A stretch of DNA of 64,000 bases from Candidatus Poribacteria bacterium (GCA_965218095.1 OZ244587.1:5088001-5152000), one strand, 5' to 3'. Shown: positions 32,473-44,852, counted from the first letter of the stretch. A program made the numbers and translations. The notes: generated by a model from the sequence alone, not told the origin.

Positions 32473-33690
32473 ATGAAAAGGACTCACCCATCCGAATTAG
32501 TTCATAAGACACAGGCGCCTCCATATCAACCCGAGCGGCTTACGATTTGGTCGTTCTACGGCGGCACATTCTTCTATTGGGGGGCGCTATATGTCTACTC
32601 GCCGATTCTATCCGTATATGCGCAGTCGCTGGGCGCCTCGTTCACGACGGTCGGCATGGTTGTGGGCGCGTACGGCTTTGTGCAAATGTTTCTCCGAATT
32701 CCGTTAGGGATTTGGTCGGACCGGTTGGGACGCCGCCTGCCCTTTCTTTATGCTGGTCACTTCTTCAACCTCGTCGGGTGTTTGGGGCTGGCGATGGCGC
32801 CAACGCCGATGTATCTAGTGGTGTTCCGTGGCGTCCTCGGTATTAGCGCCGCCACATGGGTCGCGTTCACTGTCCTTTTCGCTAGCTACTTTCCGCCCGA
32901 TCAAAGCCCCAGGGCAATGGGCGTGGTCACGGCCATCAATGGCATATCGCTCATTGTCGTCAATGGGCTGGGCGGTCAGATGGCTCAGATGTGGGGAATG
33001 ACCGCCACGTTCTACGCCGGCGCCGGTCTGGCGGCTACCGGCCTCGCAGCGACGGTGCCTATCAAGGAACATCGGGTGGATCGGAAGGCGCCCACGCTTC
33101 GACAGATACGGCGGATCATAACGCACCCAGCGCTGATGATTGTCGCATCCATCACAGCCCTCAACAACTATGCATTCTGGTCAACCACATTTAGCTTTAT
33201 TCCGCTCTACGCGGCGAATCTGGGGGCAAGCAAATTGGTGCTTGGCGTCATTGGCGTGATTGCTCTAGCGCCCTACACCTTAACCGCTTTGGTGAACCAT
33301 CGCTTTGCCAATCGCCTGGGCGAAAATCGTGCGGTCTTTATGGGGATGCTTGTGATGGCGGCGATGATGTTTGTTGTCCCCCTAATCAACAATATACCGC
33401 TCTTGGCGATTTCCCAGGGTTTTAGCGGATTTGGGCGAGGGATGGTATATCCCCTGCTCATGGGACTGAGTATCCGGGAGATATCTGGTGAAGACCGAGC
33501 GACAGCGATGGGTGTATATCAGGCGATCTATGCAATAGGCATGTTCTTGGGGCCGACAACTGCGGGCGCTGTTGCCGATGCCGTGGGACTTGCTGGGTTC
33601 TTCATCATCGCAGGCACGGTCTCAGTTATCGCCGCAGTGTCCGCTTTGATCCTGCTTGAACGGTGTGGCCGTCAATCGATCCAGTCCTGA
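32473..33690 (+). CDS. MFS transporter
   Basis: About 12 TM segments; motif A GIWSDRLGRR. Confidence 0.93.
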   Translation: MKRTHPSELVHKTQAPPYQPERLTIWSFYGGTFFYWGALYVYSPILSVYAQSLGASFTTVGMVVGAYGFVQMFLRIPLGIWSDRLGRRLPFLYAGHFFNLVGCLGLAMAPTPMYLVVFRGVLGISAATWVAFTVLFASYFPPDQSPRAMGVVTAINGISLIVVNGLGGQMAQMWGMTATFYAGAGLAATGLAATVPIKEHRVDRKAPTLRQIRRIITHPALMIVASITALNNYAFWSTTFSFIPLYAANLGASKLVLGVIGVIALAPYTLTALVNHRFANRLGENRAVFMGMLVMAAMMFVVPLINNIPLLAISQGFSGFGRGMVYPLLMGLSIREISGEDRATAMGVYQAIYAIGMFLGPTTAGAVADAVGLAGFFIIAGTVSVIAAVSALILLERCGRQSIQS

Positions 33691-34041
33691 GCGAGATCTG
33701 TCGAGAAGAAGAAGCAGCGATGCACAGTGGCAGATGATCTGCAGGGAGTGTATCCCGAGCTTCGATCGGGACGGGTACTGTTAGTTCATTTCAGGGATTC
33801 GTTGTTCGCGACAAGTCTGTAAGTATGTCGTATCCAATTCAACCCATCCTTTAATGGTTTCGGCGAGTTCTTGATTCAAAACCTTCATGACTTACTCCTT
33901 CCATTTTCTCAAATTTAACTTTAACCCATGGCTGAAGTGGTTGCACCCTTGTAAGGGTTGCGCTGCTCATAATTCCCGTTCGGCAAGGTATTTACCTCCT
34001 ATGGCGAAGTCGTATCGCGGATTTCGTATCTACGCATCAAA

Positions 34042-35958
34042 TCATAGCTCCAACTCTTCCAAACTTTCCAGGGAACCAACCACTGTAACCCAATCTCCAA
34101 TCTGTAGCCGGGTGTAGCCATGGGTGATCATCAGGTGCCCGCCGCGGCGAACTGACAGAATCAGTATGTCCGTCGGCAAGCGCAAATTTCGCACCGCCAC
34201 GCCATCCAGATTGGGATTACGGACTTCCAAATCAATAATATCGTGGTTCTCCTCCATTCCCAGTAACAGCGATACCGATGATGGCGCACGCACAAAATGA
34301 TCCAGCAAACTAATAACTGCTGTGGAAGGTCTGACGATAAAGGCATCCAGTTCACGGAAACGATCGTAATTGGCAAGATCATTCAAGCACACAACGAGGT
34401 TTTCCGCTCCAAGATGCTGATATGCTAACTCACAAATCTGGTAATTTTCTTCATCGGAAAGCATAGCGACAATGGCGCCGGCTTCTCCAGCGCCAAACTC
34501 CCGTAATTCGTCCAACGACAAACCGGGCATCGGCTGAATATCAACATACGGATTGGCCACATTTTTCATATCTCTCGTTTGTCTATATGCCACCTTTACC
34601 TCCCAGTCATGTGAGTGCAACTGCCGAGCCAACGCCAGTGATTGGTTGTCTGAACCAAAAATAACGGCGCTGTGTATCCGGTCAGGCTCCGATTTCTTCG
34701 CGCGAGGGCGCGCCTCCTTTACCAGAAAAATTGCCCACTTAAAAAAGGCAGGACCGACAATCTGATTCAGCACGATGACTGAAATCATCATGGTGGCAAA
34801 AGCTAAGCCCCACACCGGAAACTCTACAGCGACTTGCTTTGCCAGTCCTAATCCAACGCCAGCCTGCGTGATATAAGCCATCCAACTGACTCTGTTGTGC
34901 GCCATCGTATCTCCAGCTAGGACACCACCCGCAAAAGAGCCGATGAATATTCCTCCCAAACGAACCGCAAACAGTGCGAGGGTAATTGGCCAAATATCCG
35001 CCAAGATATCCAAAGTGAGAGAAGCACCGGTCAGTGTGAAAAAGGCAATATAAACCAGCGGTCCAACGTCGTGTAGAATCTTCAAAAACTCATCGCGAGA
35101 GTTAGTGGAGTTAATCAACCAAAAACTCCCAATCATACAAACGAGCAAGGGTTCTAACAGCACTTCAAAGGGCAATTTGTCATGGGTTAAATGACGAATC
35201 CATGCAGATAAGGCAAAAACAGCATAGCCTGTCAGTAAAATCCCCCCGGTCTTTACGACGCTATTTATGCGGCTTGACAGGATCAGTTGTAGGATTTTTC
35301 CAACGACATATCCTATTGCCAATGACACCACCAACTCGACGAATAGCAAGATGATAAAAGTTAGATTAAAGCGAAGGCCCGTTAAAAGGGCATCCGCGAC
35401 AAAAGAGTTCATGGAAAACAGGATGATGACCACAACATCCATAACCACAGTAACGCCCATTGCTGTTTGTGTAAATGGACCTTTTGCACGGAGTTCCTTT
35501 ATAACGGCTACGGCCGAGGACGGAGAACGCGCTACCAGAATCGCACCCGCAAGAATAGAAATGGCAATTCGACTTGCAACAGGCAGTCCCTGCATAAAAG
35601 GAATAAACTCCGCCAACATAAAAACGGTCAAGCTGCCCCAGGTAAAGGTGCTTGCGACAAGTCCAATCGTTACAAATTTAATACTTCTCAATCGACTTCT
35701 TAGCTCCTTCAAGTACAGCTCACTTCCAGCGGCGAAAGCAATAAATGCCAGCGATAGTTCATCCACAAAACGTAGGCTTGCCGTGGCCTCGACTGAAATC
35801 ATGTCGAATATAAAGGGTCCCGTTACGATTCCAGTAAAAAGGAAGCCGCTAATCAAGGGTAGTTTGAATTTGGCGAAGAATTGTCCAATCTGTTTTGAGG
35901 CAAGCGCGATGACCGCAAAACTGACAACAAAAATGAATATGTTTTGATAGTTTGTCAT
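34042..35958 (-). CDS. Cation:proton antiporter (CPA2) with C-terminal TrkA-N/TrkA-C (RCK) domains
   Basis: Multi-TM N-terminal half (AFAAGSEL, RSPSSAVAVIKE, QAGVGLGLA); TrkA-C end HGYTRLQIGDWVTVVG. Confidence 0.9.
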   Translation of the reverse strand: MTNYQNIFIFVVSFAVIALASKQIGQFFAKFKLPLISGFLFTGIVTGPFIFDMISVEATASLRFVDELSLAFIAFAAGSELYLKELRSRLRSIKFVTIGLVASTFTWGSLTVFMLAEFIPFMQGLPVASRIAISILAGAILVARSPSSAVAVIKELRAKGPFTQTAMGVTVVMDVVVIILFSMNSFVADALLTGLRFNLTFIILLFVELVVSLAIGYVVGKILQLILSSRINSVVKTGGILLTGYAVFALSAWIRHLTHDKLPFEVLLEPLLVCMIGSFWLINSTNSRDEFLKILHDVGPLVYIAFFTLTGASLTLDILADIWPITLALFAVRLGGIFIGSFAGGVLAGDTMAHNRVSWMAYITQAGVGLGLAKQVAVEFPVWGLAFATMMISVIVLNQIVGPAFFKWAIFLVKEARPRAKKSEPDRIHSAVIFGSDNQSLALARQLHSHDWEVKVAYRQTRDMKNVANPYVDIQPMPGLSLDELREFGAGEAGAIVAMLSDEENYQICELAYQHLGAENLVVCLNDLANYDRFRELDAFIVRPSTAVISLLDHFVRAPSSVSLLLGMEENHDIIDLEVRNPNLDGVAVRNLRLPTDILILSVRRGGHLMITHGYTRLQIGDWVTVVGSLESLEELEL

Positions 35959-36035
35959 AGTAATCTCAGCCTTAATAGTAATCTCAGCCTTACCTGAATG
36001 GGATTAAATTACAGGGTACTTACCTATATCTCGCT

Positions 36036-36878
36036 TCACGGGGGAAGGAGTTTGACCGGTTTAATCTTCAGCTCTTCCGTCAGGTAACCGGCTTTGACAT
36101 CCGGCGAATGCTCGAAAATGAGCAACCAGTTTTCCTCTCGCGCCTGTTTCAGCACCTGTTCCTTGTTTTCCATCGTGGTCAAAGGATACAGATCATATCC
36201 CATAACGTAGTGTGTTTTCAGGTGCGAAGGCGTCGGTACGAGGTCTGCCAGAAAACACGCGGTCAGGCCACCCGAACGCACCATGACAACCTGATGGTTT
36301 GCCGTGTGTCCTGACGCGAGCATCACCGCGATGCCGGGTGCAATTTCCTCATCATCATCAGTGAGGACGACCTGCCCTCGCTTTTCGAGCGGGTCCCAGG
36401 TGTGCGGTAGATAACTGGGCTTACTACGGGGATCTGGTCGCTTGGCATACATTAGTTCGTCTTGATTGATGTAATAAAGTGCATTCGGAAATGTGGGCTT
36501 TAGTTCTCCGTTACTACCTTGTAAACAGTTCCCACCGCAATGGTCGAAATGCAGGTGCGTTAGAATGACTTTGGTGATATCCGCCACCCGCACATCCACA
36601 GCCGCGAGGCTTCTCAGAAGGTCGGTCTCAGACTTGTCTACATCAGACAGGAACGCGAATTTTTCATCGTAAACAGTCCCAATGCCGGTGTCTACCAGGA
36701 TGGCTTCTCCAGGCGTCCGGATTAGCAGACAGTTCAGCCCCAGCAGGATGCGGTTGCGATCATCGGCGGGATTCGTCCGCTCCCACAGCACCTTCGGTAT
36801 TGTGCCGAACATCGCCCCGCCGTCCAGACGGAACGTGCCGTCACTTACTACAAAAAGTTCAAATTCACCAAATTGCAT
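36036..36878 (-). CDS. MBL-fold metallo-hydrolase (YtnP-like lactonase family)
   Basis: LDGGAMFG, THLHFDHCGG, GHT, ADL, FEH. Confidence 0.9.
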   Translation of the reverse strand: MQFGEFELFVVSDGTFRLDGGAMFGTIPKVLWERTNPADDRNRILLGLNCLLIRTPGEAILVDTGIGTVYDEKFAFLSDVDKSETDLLRSLAAVDVRVADITKVILTHLHFDHCGGNCLQGSNGELKPTFPNALYYINQDELMYAKRPDPRSKPSYLPHTWDPLEKRGQVVLTDDDEEIAPGIAVMLASGHTANHQVVMVRSGGLTACFLADLVPTPSHLKTHYVMGYDLYPLTTMENKEQVLKQAREENWLLIFEHSPDVKAGYLTEELKIKPVKLLPP

Positions 36879-37214
36879 ATAACATCTTTCGATAAATTTG
36901 CAAACCGGGGTGTTCTGTCTCTTGTATCTTGAATCCGGTATTTTGTTTACAAAATGCAGGATTATTTGCGTATTTTTATTGGTCAGGAAGATGGTAGACA
37001 CTGAACTGCTCCCGATGGATTGGCAAATCCATCGGTTATGAGCCGATTACAGGCGTATATCATCCTGATTGACCATTACAATTATTTGCATATTTGCACA
37101 TTTTATACCATTTGGACCTCCAGATGCAACGATTTTGTGGTAACATAAAGGTGGTATTTCGCCGAAATCTCTAAATTCCCACTCTCGAATAGCTTCTTTT
37201 TAATTTCTAAAACC

Positions 37215-38172
37215 ATGTGGCCAAACGCTCCATTATTTCCTCAACAGGCATCGACAATCGCAGGGAGTGTCGATGCGATATACTTCTTTTTAATCGCGAT
37301 CGCTATCTTTTTCACTGTGATCATTTTTTTATTGGTGTTTATCTTTGCAATCAAGTACCGCCGAAAATCTGAATCAGAGATGCCACAGCAAATTGAAGGC
37401 TCAACCCACCCTCGAAGTTCTCTGGACTGTGATTCCGCTCGGCATCGGATTGACATCGTTTGCCTGGGGAGCAAGTCTATATTTCAAGACATATCGTCCG
37501 CTGACGGATGCGTTGGAAATCGCCGTAATCGGCAAGCAGTGGATGTGGAAACTACAACATCCAACCGGGCGGCGAGAAATCAACGAATTACATATCCCTG
37601 TGGGCCAACCGATCAAACTCAGAATGGCATCAGAAGATGTAATTCACAGTTTCTATGTGCCGGCCTTTCGGGTGAAGCGGGATGTGTTACCGGGACGTTA
37701 TAGCACCACATGGTTCGAGGCGACCCGGATCGGTGAATATCATTTATTCTGCGCGGAATATTGCGGCACCGAACATTCCCTCATGATTGGTCGGGTAATC
37801 ATCATGGAGCGAGCCGATTACCAGAAATGGTTAAGTGGTGAGGGAGGGAATGTGGGCGTGTCGGTCGTTGCAGCGGGTGAGAGCCGTTTTCAGCAACTCG
37901 GGTGCAATACCTGTCACAAAGCCGAATCGGGAGCGCGTGGTCCCGCACTTGCTGGACTTGTCGGAAAATCGGTGCAATTGCAGAACAGTGAAACGGTCAT
38001 TGCTGACGAGGCTTACATCCGCGAATCAATTCTCAAGCCAAATGCGAAGCTGGTGTCTGGATACAAGCCGATTATGCCGACCTATCAAGGACAGATCAGC
38101 GAAGAAGGGGTGTTACAAATCATTACTTACATGAAGTCCCTTGTCACAGACGGGAGCGGGAGGCCAAACTGA
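37215..38172 (+). pseudogene. coxB: Cytochrome c oxidase subunit II with fused cytochrome c; +1 frameshift near 37408
   Basis: KQWMW, DVIHSF, Cu[18 protein letters not shown]; N-terminal part in a different frame. Confidence 0.88.
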
Positions 38173-38309
38173 TGTGTACAGAAACTGTTGACACTCACGG
38201 AAATCAGAATACGACTGATGAGAAGCGGGAACATTATTTGAACACAAGCTATACAGTAAAATCATGGTTTCTGACCATCAATCACAAACGTATCGCGATC
38301 TTGTATCTA
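38172..38309 (+). pseudogene. coxA: Cytochrome c oxidase subunit I, first 46 codons only
   Basis: Reads ...VKSWFLTINHKRIAILYL then stops at the IS5 end. Confidence 0.85.
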
Positions 38310-39129
38310 GGTTCTGTTGACATTTGAGTATAAGGTTGTGGCATAATAGAAGAATGATGCCAATAACCTTACCCGATGACCAATGGAAAAAGATATACTC
38401 GTTTCTTCTAACTTGTCCCAACATCTATGTTGGCAACGAAGCGACAACACGCCGCTTTATCGAAGCTGTTCTCTGGGCGACCCGTAGCGGTGCTCAATGG
38501 CGGATTCTGCCAGACACCTATGGTAAATCGAACACCCTCTATAAGCGTTTTGCTCGGTGGTGCGACAAAGGTATCTTCACACAGATGCACCCCCACTTCG
38601 CCTCTGACCCCGATATCGAGTCGCTTATTGTGGACAGTACAATCATTCGAGCGCACCCGTCTGCGGCGGGTGCCGAAAAAAAAAGGGTGGCACTGAAAAC
38701 CAAGCGTTAGGCTGCTCTCGCGGGGGATTCAGTACAAAAATTCACATCACCGTTGACGGCCTGGGTAATCCCCTAAGAATACATCTGACACCCGGTCAAA
38801 GAAACGACATAGCGGAAGCAGAAGCGTTGATACTTGGATATAAAAGCGAGTATGTGATTGGAGACAAGGGATATGACTCCGACAATTTTATCGCGGTTAT
38901 TGAGGCGAATGGAGCGATTGCGGTGATACCGCCCAAAAGTCATCGTGTGGATCAAAGAGATTACGACAAACATCTGTACAAAGAGAGACATCGGGTTGAA
39001 TGTTTCATTAACAAGATAAAATGGTATCGCCGCATCTTCTCTCGGTTCGAGAAGTTATCTATCCGTTATTTTGGATTTCTTAGCTTTGTCGCCACTCTTA
39101 TATGGCTCCCTTGAAATGTCAACAGAACC
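38310..39129 (+). mobile_element. IS5-family (IS427-like) insertion sequence, 820 bp
   Basis: 16-bp perfect TIR GGTTCTGTTGACATTT and CTAG target context. Two ORFs are joined at an A8G slippery site (about 38676). Motifs VDSTIIRAH, GDKGYD, YKERHRVEC. Confidence 0.93.
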
Positions 39130-39320
39130 TAGTCTAATGTCTCACTATCATAAATTCGCCACACCCCATCCACTTTTCGCATCCTAACCAGTTCGTCGTG
39201 TGCCCGAACATCCCTAATCTCCATCCCCGGTATCTCCGGCATCTCCGGCGATAGCCCTTTCAATTCAAAGTGGAATTCATCACCAACATATTCGCTGTTC
39301 AAAGGGAATCTTTCTATTGC

Positions 39321-42300
39321 TCATGCCCAATCCTCACACAACACCTCGGCTTGTTCTAAGACAGTTTCGGTGGCTTTGGCTTGTTTGTCGGGTGGGTAGC
39401 CGTATTTGCGAAGAATGCGCTTCACCATCACCCGTAGCTTAGCACGGACGCTCTCCCTTAGTGTCCAGTCGATGGTCACATTCCGCCGAACAGTTTCGAC
39501 GAGTTCAACCGCGATGGTTCGCAGTGTTTCACTACCCAACACCTCGACCGCGCTATCGTTGACCTCAAGGGCGTCGTAGAATGCCAACTCATCGTCTGAA
39601 AGCCCTAGTTCCTCGCCACGTTCTTGCGCCTGACGCATCTCTTTTGCGATTTCGATCAGTACCTCGATTACCTGTGATGCTTCAACCGTACGGTTCTGAT
39701 AAGCGCGGATCGAGCGTTCTAGCATTTCTGCAAACGAACGCCCCTGCACGACATTCTTCCGTGAGTGGGTTCTGATCTCATCGTTGAGGAGTTTTTCCAA
39801 AAGTTCAACCGCCACGTTTTTATGCGGCAAGTCACGCACTTCGACGAGAAATTCGTCGGAGAGAATCGAGACATCGGGCTTTTCCAGCCCCGCAGCGGCG
39901 AAAATGTCAACCACGCCTTCAGAAACCACCGCTCTGGATATCAACTGCTTTATTGCCTGCTCTGTCGCTTCAGACTGGGCTTCTTCCGTAGCAGTCGGTT
40001 TTGCCAAAACACTTCTCACCGCTTGAAAAAAGGCGACATCGTCACGAATTTCAATCGTTTTCTCGTGCGGCACTGCCAGCGCAAACGCTTTGGAGAGCGC
40101 GGTAACCGTTTCCAGTAGACGGACTTTGCCATCCTTCTGTTTCAAGATGTGCTCTTGAGCTGGTGGTAGCAGTTTGAGGCGATCTGTGGCGTTGCCAGCG
40201 ATCCACGACGACCAATCGAAACTGTAAAACAGTCCACAGCAGATTTCGTGCTTTTCTTGCATTACCGCAACAGCTTCTGCTTTGTTAATGGCGGTACTCC
40301 CTTTTCCACCGTTTTCGGTGTAGTTTGCCAGTGCCCGTTTCAGGTGGTAAGCGAGCCCGATGTAGTCCACAATCAAACCGCCCGGCTTGTCGGCGAACAC
40401 CCGATTGACGCGGGCAATGGCTTGCATCAGTCCATGTCCACGCATCGGCTTGTCCACATACATGGTGTGAAGGCTTGGCGCGTCAAACCCTGTTAGCCAC
40501 ATATCACGGACAATTACCACTTTCAACGGGTCTTTGGGGTTTTTGAATCGTACCGCCATCTCTTCTCGCCGAGCCTTGTTGCGGATATGCGGTTGCCACG
40601 ACGCATCATCATCAGACGAGCCTGTCATCACAACTTTGATCGCCCCCTGCTTGTCATCATCATTGTGCCACTCTGGACGACGTTTGACAAGCGCGTTGTA
40701 AAGGTCAACGCAGATACGGCGGCTCATGCAGACGCTCATCGCCTTACCCTCCATTGCTTCCAGCCGTTCTTCAAAGTGTGTGACAATATCATCGGCGATG
40801 AGCCCTAACCGCTTTTCCGTTCCCACCAACGCCTCAAGTTGAGCCCATTTGGTCTTGAGTTTCTCTTTGCGTGCGACCTCCTCCCCTTCGGTCGCTTCCT
40901 CAAATTCCGGGTCAACGAGGGGCTTTTCGTTCTCATCCAATTCAATTCTGGCGAGACGACTTTCGTAGTAAATCGGAACTGTGGCGCCGTCCTCAACCGC
41001 ACGTTGTATATCGTAGACGCTGATGTAATTTCCAAAAACCGCACGGGTGTTGCGGTCGGTCGCCTCAATCGGTGTGCCGGTAAAACCGATAAAAGAGGCG
41101 TTGGGGAGTGCGTCTCGCATGTGACGGGCAAATCCGCTAATAAAGTCGTACTGGCTGCGGTGTGCCTCGTCCGCAATAACCACAATGTTCCGCCGATTGG
41201 ATAGTAGGGGAAAACGGATTTCATCGCCTTCTGGAAAAAACTTCTGGACTGTGGTAAAGACCACCCCGCCCGATGCGACTTTCAGAAGTTCGCGCAGGTG
41301 TCTCCTGTCTCTTGCTTGTACCGGTGTTTGTCGCAAAAGTTGATTACACCGCGCAAATGTGCCGAATAGTTGCTCATCTAGGTCATTTCGATCGGTGATA
41401 ACGACCAGTGTTGGGTTTTCCATCTGTGGATGCTGGGCGATGCTGCCTGTGTAAAAGACCATAGTCAGACTCTTGCCCGAACCTTGTGTATGCCATACGA
41501 CGCCGCATTGTTTGTCCCCTTCAGGGCGCGATGCTTTTACAGTGGTATCGACCGCCGTTTTCACGGCGTGGAATTGGTGATAACCGGCAATCTTTTTAGC
41601 AATCGTCTCGCCTTCAGTTTCTTCAAAGACGATGAAGTGTTTAAGGTAGCTCAAAAAGCGTCCCTGCTCAAAGATACCCTTAATCAACACCTCTAGTTCT
41701 AATTCAGTTGAGGGCGCCTCATCCTCTCCCTTGATTGTCCTCCACGGCATGAACCATTCGTGATCAGCGGTCAGGGAGCCGATGCGCGCCTCTAATCCGT
41801 CAGAAATGACGAGCGTCTCGTTATAGATGAACAGCGAAGGAATTTCCTGCTTGTAGGTACAGATTTGGCGAAATGCGGTTAGGATGGTGGCTTTTTCGTC
41901 GGTCGGGTTTTTGAGTTCAATCACGGCTAAGGGCAGCCCGTTGATAAACAACACGATATCCGGGCGGCGTTCGCTGTTCTCTACCACTGTGAACTGGTTG
42001 ACCGTCAACCAATCATTGCTTTCAGGCGTATCAAAATCAACCAACCGCACGCGCTTACCGCGTATCGTACCGTCCGGCTGTCGAGCCTCAACCTCTATCC
42101 CATCGACCAGCATCAAGTGAAATGCGCGGTTGTTCTGGGTCAATGCAGGAGAATCTGGGTGAAGGACTTTTCGGATCGCTTCCTCTTGTGCTTCGGCGGG
42201 TATGTTTGGATTCAGGCGGGAAACCGCATCCCGAAAACGGCGTTTTAAGATTACCTCACTGTACGTGGAGCGTTCCGCATCGGGAGTCTCCGGGGCGATG

Positions 42301-42392
42301 TCGGGACCATGTAAAACGGTATAACCCAGGCCAGCGAGCCAATCAAGTGCGACTTCTTCGATATCGGATTCGTAAATTGGATTGAGATTCAT
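39321..42392 (-). CDS. hsdR: Type I restriction endonuclease subunit R
   Basis: PD...IELKN nuclease motif, [33 protein letters not shown]-terminal YGYPPD. Confidence 0.97.
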   Translation of the reverse strand: MNLNPIYESDIEEVALDWLAGLGYTVLHGPDIAPETPDAERSTYSEVILKRRFRDAVSRLNPNIPAEAQEEAIRKVLHPDSPALTQNNRAFHLMLVDGIEVEARQPDGTIRGKRVRLVDFDTPESNDWLTVNQFTVVENSERRPDIVLFINGLPLAVIELKNPTDEKATILTAFRQICTYKQEIPSLFIYNETLVISDGLEARIGSLTADHEWFMPWRTIKGEDEAPSTELELEVLIKGIFEQGRFLSYLKHFIVFEETEGETIAKKIAGYHQFHAVKTAVDTTVKASRPEGDKQCGVVWHTQGSGKSLTMVFYTGSIAQHPQMENPTLVVITDRNDLDEQLFGTFARCNQLLRQTPVQARDRRHLRELLKVASGGVVFTTVQKFFPEGDEIRFPLLSNRRNIVVIADEAHRSQYDFISGFARHMRDALPNASFIGFTGTPIEATDRNTRAVFGNYISVYDIQRAVEDGATVPIYYESRLARIELDENEKPLVDPEFEEATEGEEVARKEKLKTKWAQLEALVGTEKRLGLIADDIVTHFEERLEAMEGKAMSVCMSRRICVDLYNALVKRRPEWHNDDDKQGAIKVVMTGSSDDDASWQPHIRNKARREEMAVRFKNPKDPLKVVIVRDMWLTGFDAPSLHTMYVDKPMRGHGLMQAIARVNRVFADKPGGLIVDYIGLAYHLKRALANYTENGGKGSTAINKAEAVAVMQEKHEICCGLFYSFDWSSWIAGNATDRLKLLPPAQEHILKQKDGKVRLLETVTALSKAFALAVPHEKTIEIRDDVAFFQAVRSVLAKPTATEEAQSEATEQAIKQLISRAVVSEGVVDIFAAAGLEKPDVSILSDEFLVEVRDLPHKNVAVELLEKLLNDEIRTHSRKNVVQGRSFAEMLERSIRAYQNRTVEASQVIEVLIEIAKEMRQAQERGEELGLSDDELAFYDALEVNDSAVEVLGSETLRTIAVELVETVRRNVTIDWTLRESVRAKLRVMVKRILRKYGYPPDKQAKATETVLEQAEVLCEDWA

Positions 42393-42428
42393 GTTATCCC
42401 CTCAAGGGGTATCGTATCAATCAGGTTC

Positions 42429-43043
42429 CTATTGACTTCTCAAGCCGCCTTCTCCCACGCACGCTTTGAGTCCCTCGACAAACACCTGAAAACTTTTCGA
42501 TTTGTTCCGGTTCGGTTTCATGTGTTGAGCGATTTTTCGTGCTACCTTAGTTTTGTGTAACCGCTTTGGATAATATCGTCTCAGCGCACGCCATAGTGCT
42601 TCAGATGTACCGTTCTCAATTGCATCAGGATCCTGATATTGGGCGTTTCTTGAAACTCTAGGGTAAGCGTCTCGCAAAGCCTCAATATCTCCAAAGAACC
42701 ACGCCTCTAATTCTTCAATTGCCAATCGATTGACCACTTGAAAATCCCCTTCTTGGGACGCGCTAGATTTCGTCACAAACCCCGCAGCACACGCTATTGC
42801 TTCTAACTGTGCCTTCAGTTGGAAACAATCTTCGCGATCCTCATCAATAAGGACCATAATTCGACGATTATCGGCTATCGGTGGGTTGAATCCTTTCAAG
42901 AGTGTCGGCAAGTTCTTAAGCAAATCGGGTTTGCCTTGAGAGACATGGAAAGTGCAATCCACATCATCAGAAAGAATCTTAGGCAAAATGATTTTTAATA
43001 CCACTTCAGCAGAGCGTTCCTCCAGGAGAAATTCAATCTGCAT
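42429..43043 (-). CDS. DUF4276-family TOPRIM-like protein
   Basis: FLLEERS, GKPDL, LIDEDREDC, EELEAWFFGD, NKSKSFQVF; overlaps the ATPase stop. Confidence 0.82.
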   Translation of the reverse strand: MQIEFLLEERSAEVVLKIILPKILSDDVDCTFHVSQGKPDLLKNLPTLLKGFNPPIADNRRIMVLIDEDREDCFQLKAQLEAIACAAGFVTKSSASQEGDFQVVNRLAIEELEAWFFGDIEALRDAYPRVSRNAQYQDPDAIENGTSEALWRALRRYYPKRLHKTKVARKIAQHMKPNRNKSKSFQVFVEGLKACVGEGGLRSQ

Positions 43044-44703
43044 TCCCACCTCGCTTTGGACCGCCCGCATTAGTCAGCGGATCTCCAACTTCAAAGTAAC
43101 CTTCCATCCAGAGTTGCCCCAACTTCGCACCCGCATCTAGGAAATCATTGATTCCCCGCATCTCTGACGTACGTTTGCAGACCGTAAACCCCTGCTTATC
43201 TCGGTAAAGTACCCACACCTCCTCGGAGCGCAGTTCGTTAACAAAATGGGGAGAATGGGTGGTAATCATCAGTTGAGACAACCCCAATGCCTCACTGTAC
43301 TCCTCCACTAAACCGTTCAGCAGGCGCGGATGGAGGTAATTTTCAGGTTCCTCAATGCCGATTAGTTGGGGAGGTTCTGGGGCATATAGCAAGGTCAAGT
43401 ACGACAGCATCTTTAACATACCATCGGAGGCAAACTTCGCCGAGATAGGTTTTTCAAACGGCGCATCCTTAATCTTTAACAGAAGACGTCCGTCCATCAC
43501 CAGTTCTGTGTCCACCTCTTCCAAGCATGGAACCCATTCCGACAGTATCAAAAGAATTTTTTCCAAACGCTCTGGGTATCGTTCCTTTAGATACTGGATA
43601 ACATTGGGCAGGTTGTCTCCCGTTTTGGATAACCTTTCTTGCGGGCCCGCTTCTGCAATGCCCCGTGTAGCATCGGCGGAAAGATCAGAAAAGTGCCAAC
43701 CTGTAACGAAGCGATAAAGGGCACTCACACGGGGATGGAGTGCTGATTGCCCAAATCTGCTGACAGCGAGCGTTGACAAATCATTAAGTTGTTCATTGAT
43801 TTGCTTGTCTTCCTCATCCGGTATTTCACCAGCGGTAATGTGCCCTTTGCCCTCCTGAAAATCGAGGAAGCGAAACGGTCTTCCCCGACTACCGCGCCGC
43901 CATCGCAGCCACTCGGCTTTAACACACGGTCCTTTTGTATCTTCATCAATGGTCAGATGGTAGGTGATGAGTGGTGTCTTGGGTTTCTCGCGATATTTTA
44001 ACTCAAATTCAATCGGTCCATCACTGCCGCGCGTCCTTAACTCCTTAAAACGTTCCCTTTTTGCCCATGCAGAACGCAGCCCGTCCGTGAAACATTCTGT
44101 GAGAAATGCAAAGACATCGAACAGCGTTGACTTCCCGCTGCCGTTTGGCCCCAAAAAGACAGACAGTGGTGTGATTCCTTTTAATTCTACATCTCGTAGG
44201 GCACGATAGTTCCTTACACGTAATGACTCAATGTGTGGGATAAGCAGCTTCTGTACAACTAGCACTGGGAGACATTCGCGGAGCAGCTCATTAAATTTTT
44301 CATCAAATTGATCTTCAGCCGGAAGGTCTATATAAACTTGTGTTCCTAAAAATGATGGCGTTTTATCTTCCCCCAGCGCCTGACGGATTATGGGAATGAA
44401 TTTGTTGTTTCCCACATCTTCGACAAGTTTCCTAGTTACAATCATTGGCTCGTAGCCAACGCCACCTTCACCGGCGTTTGCCTTTCTCACGTAGCTATCT
44501 GTACAAATGACCAGTACCCTGTCGGAGTCTCTGATGCCACGCTCCATGAATTGTGCTAAATCATCGCCCAGACGGAGGTGCCACTGGTCAAGTATAACCT
44601 CAACTCCCTTGCGATGAAGCTTTGCACTGAGTTCTGATACCCACTGCTTATGTTCTGGCGTATCATGAGAATATGAGATGAACACCTTGGGATGCTCCGC
44701 CAT
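43033..44703 (-). CDS. TIR_2/SEFIR domain fused to an AAA_21-type ABC ATPase
   Basis: N-term KVFISYSHD...GGVGYE; Walker A GPNGSGKS, signature ASDGML, Walker B IEEPEN, H-loop TTHSP. Confidence 0.9.
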   Translation of the reverse strand: MAEHPKVFISYSHDTPEHKQWVSELSAKLHRKGVEVILDQWHLRLGDDLAQFMERGIRDSDRVLVICTDSYVRKANAGEGGVGYEPMIVTRKLVEDVGNNKFIPIIRQALGEDKTPSFLGTQVYIDLPAEDQFDEKFNELLRECLPVLVVQKLLIPHIESLRVRNYRALRDVELKGITPLSVFLGPNGSGKSTLFDVFAFLTECFTDGLRSAWAKRERFKELRTRGSDGPIEFELKYREKPKTPLITYHLTIDEDTKGPCVKAEWLRWRRGSRGRPFRFLDFQEGKGHITAGEIPDEEDKQINEQLNDLSTLAVSRFGQSALHPRVSALYRFVTGWHFSDLSADATRGIAEAGPQERLSKTGDNLPNVIQYLKERYPERLEKILLILSEWVPCLEEVDTELVMDGRLLLKIKDAPFEKPISAKFASDGMLKMLSYLTLLYAPEPPQLIGIEEPENYLHPRLLNGLVEEYSEALGLSQLMITTHSPHFVNELRSEEVWVLYRDKQGFTVCKRTSEMRGINDFLDAGAKLGQLWMEGYFEVGDPLTNAGGPKRGGNAD

Positions 44704-44780
44704 CTCCTACCTCCAATTTCATGCGAATATGAAACATCGCACAAATCTAAATACTGTTAAAAAAATCGATGAAGTCAAAC

Positions 44781-44852
44781 AACGCGAATCTCTCCTGACG
44801 ACAGTTCGACAGCAGAACGTCTCCGATTTGGGAGAGTGCAAGATTGTTCAAA
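44781..44852 (-). pseudogene. Degenerate copy of the hsdS 3' end
   Basis: With two 1-nt deletions repaired it reads EQSCTLSQIGDVLLSKLSSGEIRV vs HsdS QQSHTLSQIRDVLLPKLLFGEIRV. Confidence 0.72.
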
